NCBI RefSeq assembly: GCF_963921235.1
Contig: NC_086109.1
Coordinates: 28,708,001 to 28,772,000 of the forward strand
Reading direction: 5' to 3'
Source: Mobula hypostoma
Lineage: Eukaryota
DNA: 64,000 nucleotides
Part shown: positions 38,395 through 51,505 of the stretch, in pieces
Numbering within the stretch: the first letter of the stretch is position 1
Layout of the letters: every line of letters starts with the position of its first letter
Position numbers and translations under genes: made by a program
Notes under the pieces: generated by a model
What the model saw: the letters and a program-made list of their open reading frames with translations, nothing else
Told to the model about the DNA's origin: nothing
Database searches by the model: none

Positions 38395-38881
38395 TATGTG
38401 TAGCTGGAAGGTGAGGGCTAAGAGGGGAGGTACAGACTCAATAGTTGTCACTAGAGTGCAAGGGAGACAAGAATCTATCTCACCTCAGCAGCAATGAAAT
38501 GATTTGGTCTATTCTGTGAACTGGCTACTAATAGACCTTGCTCACCTTCACTTGGCTGTTTTATGGAGAGATGATCAAGCTAATGTACATCACCTGAAAG
38601 ATATCCAGTAAGACACCATGAGAACTTAGGAGCAAGTGGACCTCATGCCATACAATGTTAAAGCCCCTCCTCCAGATCACCCTGACACTCTTTGACTGGA
38701 AGCAAAGCTAAAAGGGCGACACATAAAAACTTTTAGGATTATTCTAAATGATGAAAAAATCAAAAATGTATAAAATAATCAATATACATTGAAAATTAAA
38801 GATATAACTCAAAGATTGTTACACTAAATAAATACAAATTGAATAATTTAACTTAGCATTTTTCCTCATTGGTCAAATCTA

Positions 38882-39438
38882 AACCCAGTGACAACTTCAT
38901 TAGGTTGCTCCTGTACCTAATAAAGTGGCTGTTGAGTGTATGTTTGTGGTCATCTGCTGCTGTAGCCCATCCACTTCATGATTCAACATGTTGTGCATTC
39001 AGAGATGCTCTTCTACACACCACTGTTGTCGCGTGTGGTTATTTGAGTTACTGTCGCCTTCCTGTTAGCATGAACCAGTCAGCCATTCTCCTTTGATCTC
39101 TCTCATTAACAAGACGTTTTTGCCCACAGAATCTCTGCTTACTGGATGTTTTTTGTTTACCGCATTATTCTTTGTAAACTTTAGAGACTGCTGTGCGTGG
39201 AAGTCCTAGGAGATCAGCAGATTCTGAAATATTCAAACCACCCTGTCTAGCACCAACAATCATTCCTCTGTCAAAGTCACTTAGATCACATTTATTCCCC
39301 GTTCTGATGTTTGATTTGAACAACGGAACAGCTGAGCTTCTTGACCACATCTGCATGCATTGAGTTGCTGCCACATGACTGGCTGATTAGATATATGCAT
39401 TAACAAGCAGGCGTACCTAATAATGTGGCCACTGAATG
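38882..39438 (-). mobile_element. Tc1/mariner deletion derivative, copy 2
   Basis: KCDLSDFDRGMIVGARQGGLNISESADLLG; TIR gtacctaataatgtggccactgaatg+TA. Confidence 0.85.
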
Positions 39439-39699
39439 TAACTTCAGGTGGGCCAGGCATAGAATCACATTAAAAGACCAAGCTCCATCTCACTCAACAT
39501 AGCCTGCACTTAAAGCAGCCTTGTTGGTATCACTTTCTGCTTTATCATGTTTCCAATCAGCAATAATTAATCTACTGCTATAATTTGCAGATGTCATCTC
39601 TTGGGATTTCTTTACAGTTTTAAACAAAAAAGAATACTGGCTTGCATCATACATCTTTACAGCCTTGACCTGAGGTTAAGAGATTAACAAATCTTAATG

Positions 39700-41085
39700 T
39701 GACTAGTCACAGCCGGGTACCTTTTCCCAAACATACTGAAGCAATCACGACGAAGGAATGTTGGTGGCTCTTCTTCATTAGGTGCCTAGGGAGATTTGGT
39801 ATCGCAAATTTCAACAAACGTACCATGGAGACCATTCTGATTGGTTGCATTGGCACCTGGTATGGAGGCACCAATGCACAGATTCTGAGAGGATGCAGAG
39901 GGTCGTCAATTCCGCCGGCTCCATCATGGGCATAAGTCTCCCACCATCAAGACCGCTTAATGTCATTTCCAGTGGTGTAAAGGAGAACAAAATAATTGTA
40001 ACTTTGGACCTGATGCAGCATATAAAACCACCAAGAGAAAAAGAACACAATAATTAAAATAACATAAATATAATTGCATAAGATAGCTTATATAGATTGA
40101 TTGTATGCCCATAAAGTGACGCTAGGCACAAGAGAGTCTGTACTCAAGGTGGCTCTGACAGGAAATGATGAAGTCGTGGTGCTGGGGGTGTGGAGTGGTG
40201 GGCTAGTCAGTGGAGGAGACTGCTCAGGGAAAGAAACCATTTTTCAGTTTGATGGCCCTGCTGTGGATGTTATGTAGCCTCCTCCCTATGGGAGTGAGAC
40301 AATCCCTGAGCAGGATTGGTGGAATCCTTCATGATGTTGCTGGCCGTTTTCAAGCACCTTTCTGGATGTATGTCCCTGATGGAAGGCAGGCTGGTGCTGG
40401 TGATAATTTGGGCAGTTCTGTCTACCTGGTATAGAGCCTTTATGTCTACTAGAGTGCAGTTTCCATACCATGCAGTGATGCAACTTGTTAGGATGTTCTC
40501 CACTGCGCATCTGTAGTAGGGCATGAGTATAAATGTGCATAGTCCATCTCTCTTCAACCTCCTCAGAATGTAAAGGCATTGATGAGTTGTCCCAATTGTG
40601 TACAATGTGCTCTGGGACCATGAGAGAGTTTGAAAGGTGCGCACTCCCAGGAGTTTGAAATTGCTTGCAGTTTCCACTGCTGCGCCATCGATGTAGAGGC
40701 GGGTGTAAGTGATGTGAATTCTCTGGAAGTTGAGCACTATCTCCTTTGTCTTGTTGACATTGAGGTAGAGGTTATTTACCCCTTGAACCAGGTCTTGAGC
40801 TCTTCCACCTCCTCTCTATAGGCTGTTTCACCATTGTTGGGGTTGAGTCCACTGCTAACGAGATATCGGCAAACTTGACAATGTGATTACTTGGGTGTCT
40901 GGCCATGCAGTCATGTGTGAGCAGACTGCGTAGCAATGAGCTCAGCCCACAGCCATGGCGAGCATCCATGTTGTGGATGATGGAGAGGGAGGATCAACTG
41001 TGCTTCCTGACTGTCTGAGGTGTGTTGGTTAGGAAGTCCAAAACTCAGTTGACGAGTATTTAGACTGAGGAGTAGGACATCTTCA
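39700..41085. mobile_element. Two Rex1/Babar fragments, tail to tail (+ ~39700-39950; - ~39955-41085)
   Basis: Minus ORFs HDCMARHPSNHIVKFAD and YRCAVENILTSCITAWYGNC; plus ORF TMETILIGCIGTWYGG. Confidence 0.8.
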
Positions 41086-42454
41086 GAATGGTCATTTTTA
41101 CGTGTCCTGCACTATACTGCTGCCACAAAATAATTCATGATATATGTCAGTGAAAATAAACCTGATTCTGATTCTGCTTCTCGCTGCCTCTCCAAGCTAG
41201 TAGCAGAAACTAATGTATACTCATAACAACCCCAAGTTGCTGAACCAAAAAGGCATGATTTCTGGTGATGGGTTAAGTCACTCCGGTCTAACAGCCTGTA
41301 TCTCATGTCACTGAGAGGTATGACCTTTAACGTAAAACTCTGCTAATGGAGTAGTTTTGTGTTGACTGAGTATTAAATTTTCACTATCTTTCCCTCCACT
41401 GCTGGTCTGAGCAAACTACTTCAATATTTTTCTCCTTCCTGACTGTATAGGTGTCTGCTGTCAGTACATTTCTTTTAACATCATGAAGTGACCATTTTGA
41501 ATTACATTCTAGGTAACTGATCACAACTCCAGTAGTTTAATCTTTTTATTTTATTTCAATAACATTTCAGGTGAGAGGTGCCCGATGGAATACATGTTAG
41601 GACATATGTTAGCTGGGAGCAAGCAAACTTCACGGCCTTCAAGATCAACCTCATGTTAATATGAAATAGCTAAAAAAGATGACATGCATATAAATATTTC
41701 TTGAATCTTCTCAGGATATAATATGCTTTTTTTTCATATTACATCGCAAGTGCTTTGGCTGTGTGGACATTAAAACCACAGAGGTTCTATAAATGTCTCG
41801 CCCTCTCTTCGCACCGCAAAACATCATTCGTCCTTGGCGTTCTCAAGCCTGATGGAATTTAATTCCCGGAAGTGCAGAGTAAAAACCATCTCTTACTGTA
41901 CAGCTGCCTGTTCAGCTGTACAGTCGCTTTAGAGATGCATGGGTTCCAGTGTGAAATGCAAGTTTGGATTCAGAGTTGGCTTTCCCGTAGAAGACAGATT
42001 TGGAATTTTATGTTTAAGGAAAGTCCTAGCAACACGTTTATTGAACACAAAAAACTCAACACAAAGTGCAGCAAAAATCCTTTTCATAATTACATCATCA
42101 CATCAGACTAGCCTCTTAAAGTGAAACCTCAACTCAATGTCGGTTGTTGTGAATTATGTACATTTCCACCAATTAGGTTACCTTACAGGACCTCTGTTAT
42201 TTATGACATGTTATGAATGACTTGGACAGAAATATAAATGGGTAGATTTGCAGATTTGTGGATAACAAGATTGGTGGAACTGGGGACAATGTACAGCATA
42301 TGATTAACAGACATTGTACATGGCCGAGTATTGAAGACCTGTACTAATCAATTGGCTGGGATGTTCACTGATATCTTTCACCTTTCACTTTGGCAGTGTG
42401 AGGTACGGACCTGCTTCAAGCAGGCCTCAATCATACCGGTGCCCAAGAAGCACA

Positions 42455-42755
42455 ACACGGTAACGTAGCAGGACAGTACAGTAGCATAGTGGACTAGCAC
42501 AATGCTTTATGGTGCAGGCGACTTGGGTTCAATGCCTGTTGCTGCCTGTAAGGAGTTTGTATCTTTTCCCTGTGACCACTTGGGTTTCCTCGGTGCTCCA
42601 CTTTCCTCCCACAGTCCAAAGACGTACCAGTTGGTAGGTGAATAGGTCGTTGTTACTTGTCCTGTGATTGGGTCGGGGGATTGCAGGGTAGTATGGCTTG
42701 AAGGGCCAGAAGGGCCTCCTCTGTGCTGTATCTCAATAAGTAAATAAAGAAAGAA
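42455..42755 (+). mobile_element. V-domain SINE (HE1-like) inside the Rex1 element
   Basis: A box tagcatagtgg, B box gggttcaatgcc, V-domain, CR1-like tail. Confidence 0.8.
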
Positions 42756-43874
42756 AGTAAGAATGTGCTAACCCACCTCAATAACTATCATCGAGTAGTA
42801 CTTACATCCACTGTGATGAAGAGTTTTGAGAGGTTGGTGATGAAACATATCAACTACCTGAGGAGTGACTTGGATCCACTCCAACTTGTCTATGGTCACA
42901 AAAGGTCAACAGCCAATGCTACTTCATTGGCTCTTCACTCAACCCTGGAACACCTGGACAGTGAAGATGCATACATCAGGATACTCTTCATTGATTACAG
43001 CTCTGCATTCAACACCTTCATCCTCTCAAAAGTAGTCAATAAGCTTTAAGACCTAGGCATCAATACCTCTTTGTACAACTGGATCCTCTCCTTCCTCACT
43101 TGCGGTCAGTTTGGATTAGCAACAACAACATCTCCTCAAAAATCACCATCAGAAATGGTGCACCACAAGGTTGTGAGCTTAGCCCCTAGCTCTACTCACT
43201 TCATTCTTATAAGTGTGAGGCTAAGTATAGACTTCATACCATATTTCAGTTTGCTGGTGACACCACAGTTGTTGGCCAAACCAAAGATGGTGATGAATCA
43301 GCATATAGGAGGGAGATTGAAAATCTGGCTGAGTGGTGCCACAACAACCTCTCACTCAACGTCAGCAAAACCAAAGAGCTGATTATTGACTACAGGAGGA
43401 GAAAACTGGAGGACCACGGGCCAGCCCTCATCAGGGGAACAAAGGTAGAGAGAGTCAGTAACTTTAAATTCCTTGGCATTATCATTTCAAAGGTTCTGTC
43501 AGTATGGAAGTGTCATTACAAAGAAGTACGGCAGCATTTCTACTTTCTTAGAAGTTTGCGAAGATTTGGCATGACACCTCAAACTTAGACTAACTTCTAT
43601 AGGTGCACAGTGGAGAGTTTCATCATGGATTGGTATTGAAACACCAAGGGTCTTAAATGGAAAAAACTACAAAAGCTAGTGGATACCACCCAGTCCATCA
43701 CAGATAAAGCCCTCCCCATCATTGAGCACATCTACAAGGAGCGCTGATGCAGGAAAGCAGCACCCATCATCAACAACCCCAAACATCGGGGCCATGCTCT
43801 ATTCTCGCTGCTGCCATTGGGAAGGAGGTAAAGGAGCCTTAGGTCCCACATCACCAGGTTCAGGAACAGCTATT

Positions 43875-44410
43875 TCCAAGTTCACGGCGCTAGCCAGGCA
43901 TCAGAGAACATTTTGGGAGTGCAGTGTTATGTGTTTCACTGGAATGGGGCTGCACGAGCACATACCCAATCAAAACTTCTCCATGGACGGCTTCCAGACC
44001 GTTCCAGCTGACCGGAAGTGCACTGAGAGCGGTAAGTGTAAAGGAGTTGGATGCTTACTGATCTGGTTAACAACAGATGGTGCAATCTGGGTCATACTAC
44101 GATCGAGGAACGTGTTTGTAGACTGGACATTGAACTTTTTACTGTTGGACTTCGGCCACATTCCACCGAGATACAACACTGGGCGGCATGTGAGGTCGTT
44201 CCTGCCTGTGGCCATCGAACTTGCAGCTCCTCCTGTGGAGGGTCAGGCACCCTGAGCCAATAGACTGGTCCTGGACTTATTTTCCATTTGGCATAGTTTG
44301 CGTTTTGTTGTTTGATTGTTTGTGGTGTTTGTATTGCTATATTTATACTCTATTCTTGGTTGGTGTGGCTGTAACGAAACCCAATTTCTCTCGGAATCAA
44401 TGAAGTATAT

Positions 44411-44438
<28 letters not shown>
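43875..44438 (+). mobile_element. Internally deleted LINE: endonuclease fragment fused to a 3' tail ending in (TATC)n
   Basis: ALARHQRTFWECSVMCFT (APE-like) then abrupt switch near 44165; possible TSD ctatt 43870-43874 and 44439-44443. Confidence 0.65.
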
Positions 44439-44442
<4 letters not shown>

Positions 44443-46445
44443 TGCCCCTCAACCATCTGGATCCTGAAATTGAGTAGATAACTTCACTCTCTCTGACACT
44501 GAACAGATTCCACAACCAATGGACTCACTGTCAACTCTTGTTTTCAGTATTATGTATTACTTATTTATCGACTATTATTATTTTATTTTTCTTTTGGTAT
44601 TTCCACAATTTGTTGTCTTGTGCACATTGGTTGTTTGTCCATCTTTGTGTGTAGTTCTTGATTGATTCTTCTGCCTTTCTTTGTATTTGTTGTGAATGCC
44701 AGCAAGAAAATGAATCTCATGGCAGCGCCTGGTGACATATCTGTACTCTGGTAATAAATTTACTTTGAACTGTCAACAAATTCAGTCATGTGTGGATCAG
44801 TTACATGTATGGACAGAGAAGAGGCAGATGGAGTTTAACTTGGGCAAGTATGAAATGTTGAATTTTGGAAGGTTAAATCAAAGGAGAAGGTATAATTAAT
44901 GGTTATCCCCGTAAAAGGATTGAAGTACAGAGGTATCTTGGGGACCAATTACATTGTTCACTGAAGGTGGTCACACAGGTGGATAAGGTGCTTACCTTCT
45001 AGGGGTGTTGGATATAAGAGTAAGGAAGTCATATTACAGTGATATAAAACTGTAGCTAGATCACACCTGGAATATTGTATGCAGTTCTGATTGCCCCATT
45101 ATAGGAGAGATGGGGAGACTGTGGAGATGGTGCAGAAGAAGTTTACTAGGAGTGCTGTCTACAAAAGAGAGTTATACAAATAATTTGGAGAAACTTAAGT
45201 TCTTCGCTTCAGCGCGCTGGAATCTGAGGGGAGACCTGGAAGACGTTTAGTTTCTCAATAAGGAGAGGCACAGACAAGGTAAACAATTGAAATATCTTCT
45301 CTGGGTGAAAATGTCAAAAACCAGAGAACATGTTCTTAAGGTTAGAGCGAGGTAGTTTAAAAGGTGATGTGAGGGTCAAGTTTTTTTTTCCACACAGAAA
45401 GTGGTAGGTATGGAATGGACAATCAGGGGTATTAATGGAATCAGGAAGTTTGGTGAAGTTTATGAGGCTTTTAGATAGACACAAGGATATGAAATGAATG
45501 GAGAGACATGCCCTCTTCACTACTACCATCGGGGAGGAGGTAGAGGAGCCTGACGACACTCACTCAGTGTTTAAAGAGCAACTTCTTCCCTCTGCTATCA
45601 GATTTCTGAATGGTTCATCTTCTGTGTTGTATATTTATTTTGTAACTTACAGTAAGATGAGCTTTATTTATCACATGTATATCAAAACTTCGGAACATAC
45701 AGTGAAAGATGGCGTCAATGACTAATAAAGTTCAAAGATGGGCTGGGGCCATCCAACAAGTGCCGCCATCTTTCTGGCACCAGCATAGCACATCCACGGT
45801 TTACTAACCCATATTCCCTTCAAATGTGGAAGGGAACCGAAGTACCTTAAGGAAATCCATACAGTCACGGGAAGAACATATAAACATCTTACAGACATTG
45901 GTGAGAATTAAACCCTGATCTCTGGTGCTGCCGCAAGATTAGTGGGATTGAAGACTGTGTTAAAAAAAAGCACAATTTTTATGTCTTGCACTATTTTTAT
46001 GCTGCTGCAAGACAACAAATTTCACAAGGTATTTTTGGATTAATAAACCTGATTTGATTCTGATACACAGGAGGAAGATATTTAGTATAAATTGGCATCA
46101 AGCACAGCACAACATCATGGGCCAAATAGCCTGTCCATTGGTGTACTGTTCTATGTTCTACGTTCTGCTTTTTCTATACTTAGCCACTCCATCTCTCCAG
46201 ATTGCTGCACTACTTACTTAACTGGGGCAACATGAAGAGAGGGGATTACTTTAATTGGCTTACTTTATAAAGATTGGAAATAAACCTCTTCCAAGATGGC
46301 ATGATTTGGAACGCTTACCAAAATTGAAGAGATTTTCCTCTCTACATATCTGGAAGCTGCTTGACCCCAAAACCTCTCCTTGGAGCCATTCACCACCACC
46401 AACACAGTCTGGGGTCTTGTCTATCCCAATGTCATCAGCGGCTTA

Positions 46446-46545
46446 CAATCCTGCCGAAGGATCTCAGCCTGAAACATCGAGTGAACTCTTTTCCATAGGT
46501 CCTGCCTGGTACGCTGAGTTCCTCCAACATTTTGTGGGTGTTGCG
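46446..46545 (+). mobile_element. PLE terminal fragment with mutated hammerhead core
   Basis: caatc-CTGCCGA-aggatctcagcct-GAAA-CATC-gagtg...gctgagttcctccaacattttgtg. Confidence 0.7.
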
Positions 46546-46607
46546 CGTCTTTCAGTACTTGGTTAACATCATGGTGGAATTTCTAATATTTTTACAGGCT
46601 AATTGTA

Positions 46608-47112
46608 CACTCAGTCAGAGTATATTCATGGTCTGCTGCTGTCGTCCATCCATTTCAAGGTTCGATGTTTTGCGTATTCTGAGACGCTGCTCTGCACACC
46701 ACTGTTATAATGCGTGGTTATTTGAGTTACTGTTGCCTTCCTGTCAGCTTGAACCAGTCTGGCCATTCTCCTGTGACTTTTCTCACTGACATGATGTTTC
46801 TGCCCACAGTACTGGCACGTACCGGATGATTTTTTTTTTTGTTTGTTTTATGTACGACTTCCTGTAAAATTGTGAAAATCCCTGGAGATCACCAGTTTCA
46901 GACATACTCAAACCACCCTGTCTGGCACCAACAATCATTCCATGATCAAAATCACTAAGATCACATTCCTTCTCTATCTGATGCTTGGTCTGAGCAACGA
47001 TTGAACCTTTGCTTGCTTTTATGCATTGACTAGCTGCCACACGATTGGCTAATTAGATATTTGCTTTAATGAGCAGGTGTCCAGTTTTACCTAATAAAGT
47101 GGCCACTGAGTT
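46608..47112 (-). mobile_element. Tc1/mariner deletion derivative, copy 3
   Basis: TA+cactcagt start; ECDLSDFDHGMIVGARQGGLS; TIR tacctaataaagtggccactgagt. Confidence 0.85.
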
Positions 47113-47850
47113 TATGTAACAATGATCAACAGATTTTTAAAGAAGTTATGTCTCTCCTAAAGATTTTCAATGAATATTAGATTTAAAAAATGAATTACTT
47201 CTTGTGGAATTAAAAGTGTTGTTTTAGTGTGATCTGATTAAAGAATGATTAGTCTTGAAGTGATTTGATTGTGTTGGGAGATTGCTGAAAAGAAGTGCAT
47301 TACAGGTTAATATGACAACTGCAGACCCCTGCGCAATGTCTATTGGCAGATGTGCAGCCGTCTCTGTGATGCCTGTTTCTCACATGACAACAACATTGTC
47401 AAGTTCCCTTTGCAGGTTAGGCCAGAAATGCTAGCAAAAGCTAGCGGGTCACTGTGACAGTCAGCAGGCAACGGCCCAGAAGCATTAAAGGAGCGAATTA
47501 GAGTGTGGAATGCCCAAGGAGCAGAAACAGCAGAGTGAAAGCAAAACACTGCGAAGGGCCCTGGCACCTTTCTTTTTGATTCAGGTGGTTAGCTGTGAAA
47601 CAGAGAATTCCTCACATGTACAAGCGGGAGTGTGAATCACTCACGTTTTTGCAAACCTCGCTATATAAGCTAGATACGCTGCAGCTACTGATTCAACCAT
47701 GCAATTAAGCTGTCATGAAGCAGATTGGCAGTGTATAGCAGGCAGCATTAGAGCAGGCAAGCAGGCAGAGGGCACGTGGAGCATTTTTTCGCCAATATTC
47801 CCACCGATAGCATTAAGGAGTTGAGGTCCACGCGCTCTGTGATGTATTAA

Positions 47851-48145
47851 AGGTGGTGTAGCAGTTAGCATGAGACTTCCACAGATCAGGATGTCGGAGC
47901 TCAGAGCTCAATACCAGCATTCTCTGTAAGGAAAATCTGTACGTATTCCCTGTGGAATGCGTGGGTTTTCTCCAGGTTCTCTGGTGTCCTCCCACTGTCC
48001 AAAGAAGTACTAGATAAGTTAATTAGTCATTGTATATTGCCCCATGATTCGGTTAGGTTTAAATCAGGGTTGTCAGGTGTTGCTAAGCAACGAGGCTTGA
48101 AAGGCCAGGGCCTGTTCTGGGCTGTATCTCTAAATAAATAATAAA
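47851..48145 (+). mobile_element. V-domain SINE (HE1-like)
   Basis: A-box-like ggtggtgtagcagttagc; V-domain; tail gggcctgttctgggctgtatctctaaataaata. Confidence 0.7.
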
Positions 48146-48509
48146 AACAGCTGGCTTTAGGGTTTTCAGGGACAGACGCCAGGAAAACTATAAACCAAGA
48201 GAATAGAGACGTTATGACACGGCAGCCTTCTGTGTTTTGTGTTTGAAAGCAGCTGTGGCTGACATGAGCAATCAGATTCTTAGCAAAGGCGTATTACCAG
48301 AACCACAGAAAGAGTCAGCTGGTTTTCAAATTGCCAAATAGCTCCTCATCTCTTGATGCTTTTGACAGCAGAAGCTTCCAAGAGTAATCGTCCCTGTAGG
48401 ACCCACAATTCCTGGCACAATGACAAAGCCATCTCAGCTAACTGCTAAAATAAGTAACCAGATGAATCAAATTCTTGTCTTTTGCAGGTCTCACTAAAAG
48501 CATTCATGC

Positions 48510-48725
48510 TGGAATATGAATACTCTCCACTTGCCCGAACGAGAGCAATTTCGGCAACATACAGGAGCCTTGACATTACCCAGAACACAGTAGCACACTT
48601 GATAGACACTTTATTCAAATCATTCATTCCTTTTAATACCGACCACCATGGTTGCAGTGTGCATCATCTGCAAAGTGCGCTGTATTTACATTTCTAGGCT
48701 GCCCCACTGGCAACATCCAAATCGC
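48510..48725 (+). mobile_element. Old LINE ORF2 C-terminal remnant
   Basis: EYSPLA...SLDITQNTVAHLIDT resembles the LINE motif EYS.LAW....LD.IQ..AA.LI; it explains ORF 48482-48697. Confidence 0.45.
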
Positions 48726-48728
48726 AGC

Positions 48729-49272
48729 ACCTCTTGTACCTAATAAAGTGACCACTGGGTGATGTTCTTGGTCTTCTAACGCTGTCACCCATTCACTTCA
48801 AGGTTCAATATGTTGTACATTCAGAGATGATCTTCTGCAAACCGCTGATGCAACTTGTGGTTATTTGCGTTTCTGTCGCCTTCCTGTCAGCTTGAACCAG
48901 TCTGGCCATACTCCTCTGATCTCATTCATTAGCAAGACATTTTCACCCACAGAACTACTCACTGGATGTTTTTGTTTTGTTTTTTGCACCATCCTCCACA
49001 AACCTTAGAGACTGTCTTGGGAGAAAATCCCAGGAGATCGGCTGTTTCTGAGATTCTCAAACCACCCTGTCTGGCATTGACAATTACTCCACAACTAAAG
49101 TCACTTACATCACGTTGCATCCCCATTCTTATGTTTTCCCTGGACAACAACTGAATGTTTTGACCATGTCTGCATGATTTTATGCAATACATTGCTGCCA
49201 CATGATTGGCTGATTAGATATTTGCATTAATGAGCTGGTGCATAGGTGCTGCTAATAAAGTGGCACTGAGGT
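48729..49272 (-). mobile_element. Tc1/mariner deletion derivative, copy 4
   Basis: DVSDFSCGVIVNARQGGLRISETADLLGFSPKTVSKV; TIR ctaataaagtggcactgag. Confidence 0.85.
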
Positions 49273-49699
49273 TATATTGTTACTTCTTGCTGAGTCTAAC
49301 TCTAAATAGAACTTGTTATCTATTCAACATTAACAGATATTTCAGTGAAAGGACACCAGTGGTTCAAGAAGACAACAATGCTATTTTCTCATTGGTATTG
49401 GGGATGGGCAATAAAATCTATCCTTGCCAGTGGCATACCATTCTATAAACTAATTTTAAAAATACTTATTCCTTCCAGCGTTTTGCAGCAAAAGTAGATT
49501 AAAGTTATACAACTGATCCAGAAAGATTGGCAAAGACACAACATGTTATGAAAAGCCCAATGGTGATTGCTTAATTCAGCCTTATTTTGAATAAACCTAT
49601 TGTTTAATAGCTACTCAAAACAAATATAGAACTGGACCTGCCCAAGTATGACCTGATGAGTCTGAATAATCAATATTATTAAACTGTAACAGTATGTTT

Positions 49700-51297
49700 A
49701 GAATCAGAACCAGATTATTATCGCTGACATGCAGTATGTTGTGAAATTTGTTGTTCAGTGGCTGCAGTACAGTGCATTACATTAAAAAGTGACCATAATT
49801 TACAATAAGAAATATTTTAAAACAGTTCAAAAAGAAAGCAAAGTAATGATATAGTGTTCATGGATTCACAGGCCGTTCAGACCTCTGACAGCAGAAGGGA
49901 AGAAACTGTACCAAAAATATTGAATATGTATCTTGAGGTCCCTGTACCTCCTTCCCAATGGTGGTAATAAGAAGAGTTCAAAAGTTCAAAGTCAAAGGAA
50001 ATGTATTATTAAAGTACATATATATCACCACATACAAACCTGAGATTAATTTTCTTGTGGGCATTCACAGTAAATACAAAGAAACACATGAGAATAAATG
50101 AAAACTCAGAAAAACAATCAATGTGCGAAAAACAACAAACTGTGCAAATACAAAAAGAAAATAATAATAACAATAATAATAAAAAAGTAAATAAGCAACA
50201 AATATCAAGAACATGAGATGAAGAGTCCTTGAAAGTGACTCCATAGGTTGTTGGAACATTTCAGTGCTGGAGTGAGTGCAGAGAGTGAAGTTATCCCTTC
50301 TGGTTCAAGAGCCTGATGGTTGAGGGGTAATACGTGATCCTAATCCTGGTGGTATGGATCTCGATATTGTACCCTTGCATCTCCTTAATGATGGCAGCAA
50401 TGAGAAGAGAACATGGCTTGGATGGTGGGGTCGCTAATGATGGATGCTGCTTTCCTGCAACAGTGTTCCTTGTAAGTGTGCTAAATGGTAGGGAGGGCTT
50501 CACCCGTGATGGACTGGGCTGTATCCATTACCCTTTGCCGGCTTTTCCATTCACTGGCATTGGTGCTTCCACACCAGGCTGAGATGCAGCCAGTCAGTAT
50601 ACTTTCCGTCACACATCTATAGAAGTTTGTCAAACTTTCAGATGATGTGCCGAGTCTTTGTAAACCTCTAAGGAAGTAGAGGAACTGCCATGCTTTCTTT
50701 TTAATGACACTTACATGCTGGACCTAGGACAGATCCTCTGAAATTACAACACCAGAGAGCTTAAAGTTGCTGACTCTCTCTATCTCTGATCCTCCAATGT
50801 GGATTGGCTCATGGACCTCCAGTTTCCTCCATCTGTTGCCAATAATCAGCTCCTTGGACTTGCTGACATTGAGTGAAAGGTTGGAATTGTGGCATCACTC
50901 TGCCAGATTTTCAATCTCCCTCCAATGTGGTGACAGATCAGCTGATTTATCACCAGCTTTGAATCGGCCAATGATAGTGAAATTATCAGCAAGCTTAAAT
51001 GTGGCATTCATGCTGTGATTAGCCTCACAATCATAAGTTTAAAAAGCAAATAGAGCAGGAGGCTGAGCACACAGCCTTGTGACGCACCTGCTTTGATGGT
51101 GGTTGTGGAGGGGATGTTATTGCCAATCTGAACTGACTGGTGACTGCAAGTGAGAAAATTGAGGATCAATTGCACAAGGAGATATTGCAACCAAGGTGGT
51201 ATCAATTAGTTTTTAAGAGATATTGGTGTTGAATGCAGAGTTGTAGTCAATGAAGAGCATCTTGAAATATGTATCTTCACTGTCCAGATGTTCCAGG
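49700..51297 (-). mobile_element. Rex1/Babar LINE RT and 3' end (one tail nested in another at ~49975)
   Basis: ILNFLT..QSVQIGNN..GASQGCVLS; tails tagaatcagaaccag and aagttcaaagtcaaag. Confidence 0.8.
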
Positions 51298-51505
51298 TTT
51301 CAGCCCCAGAGGCTGAATTCACAGGGTCATCAAGGGCTGTGGAATTTCATGAAGGTGCCTCCATGTTTTGTAGATCAAAGCAACCACAAAAGGCATTGAG
51401 TGACTCGCATCCTTGTTGTCACTTAAATTGTTTGGTTTTACTTTGTAGGAGGTGACAGCGCACTTAAGACCTGCCATAGCTGTCAAGCAACCTTCTGTGA
51501 TTCCA

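Larger units (their letters stand above)
42320..44770 (+). mobile_element. Rex1/Babar LINE RT region and 3' end, with two nested insertions
   Basis: ORF 42765-43049 NNYHRVVLTSTVMKSFERLV..LDPLQ..LFIDYSSAFNT; tail aataaatttactttgaact. Confidence 0.88.
42210..46165 (+). mobile_element. Old CR1 RT/3' region in pieces (~42210-42300, ~44790-45500, ~46065-46165)
   Basis: Decayed KFADD region at 42250; gcagatggagtttaac...cacacagaaagtggtagg...gggccaaatagcctgtcc. Confidence 0.6.

Noticed and set aside
48470..48697. Strong splice acceptor followed by an open frame
   Set aside because: The peptide resembles a LINE ORF2 C-terminus and no donor was found
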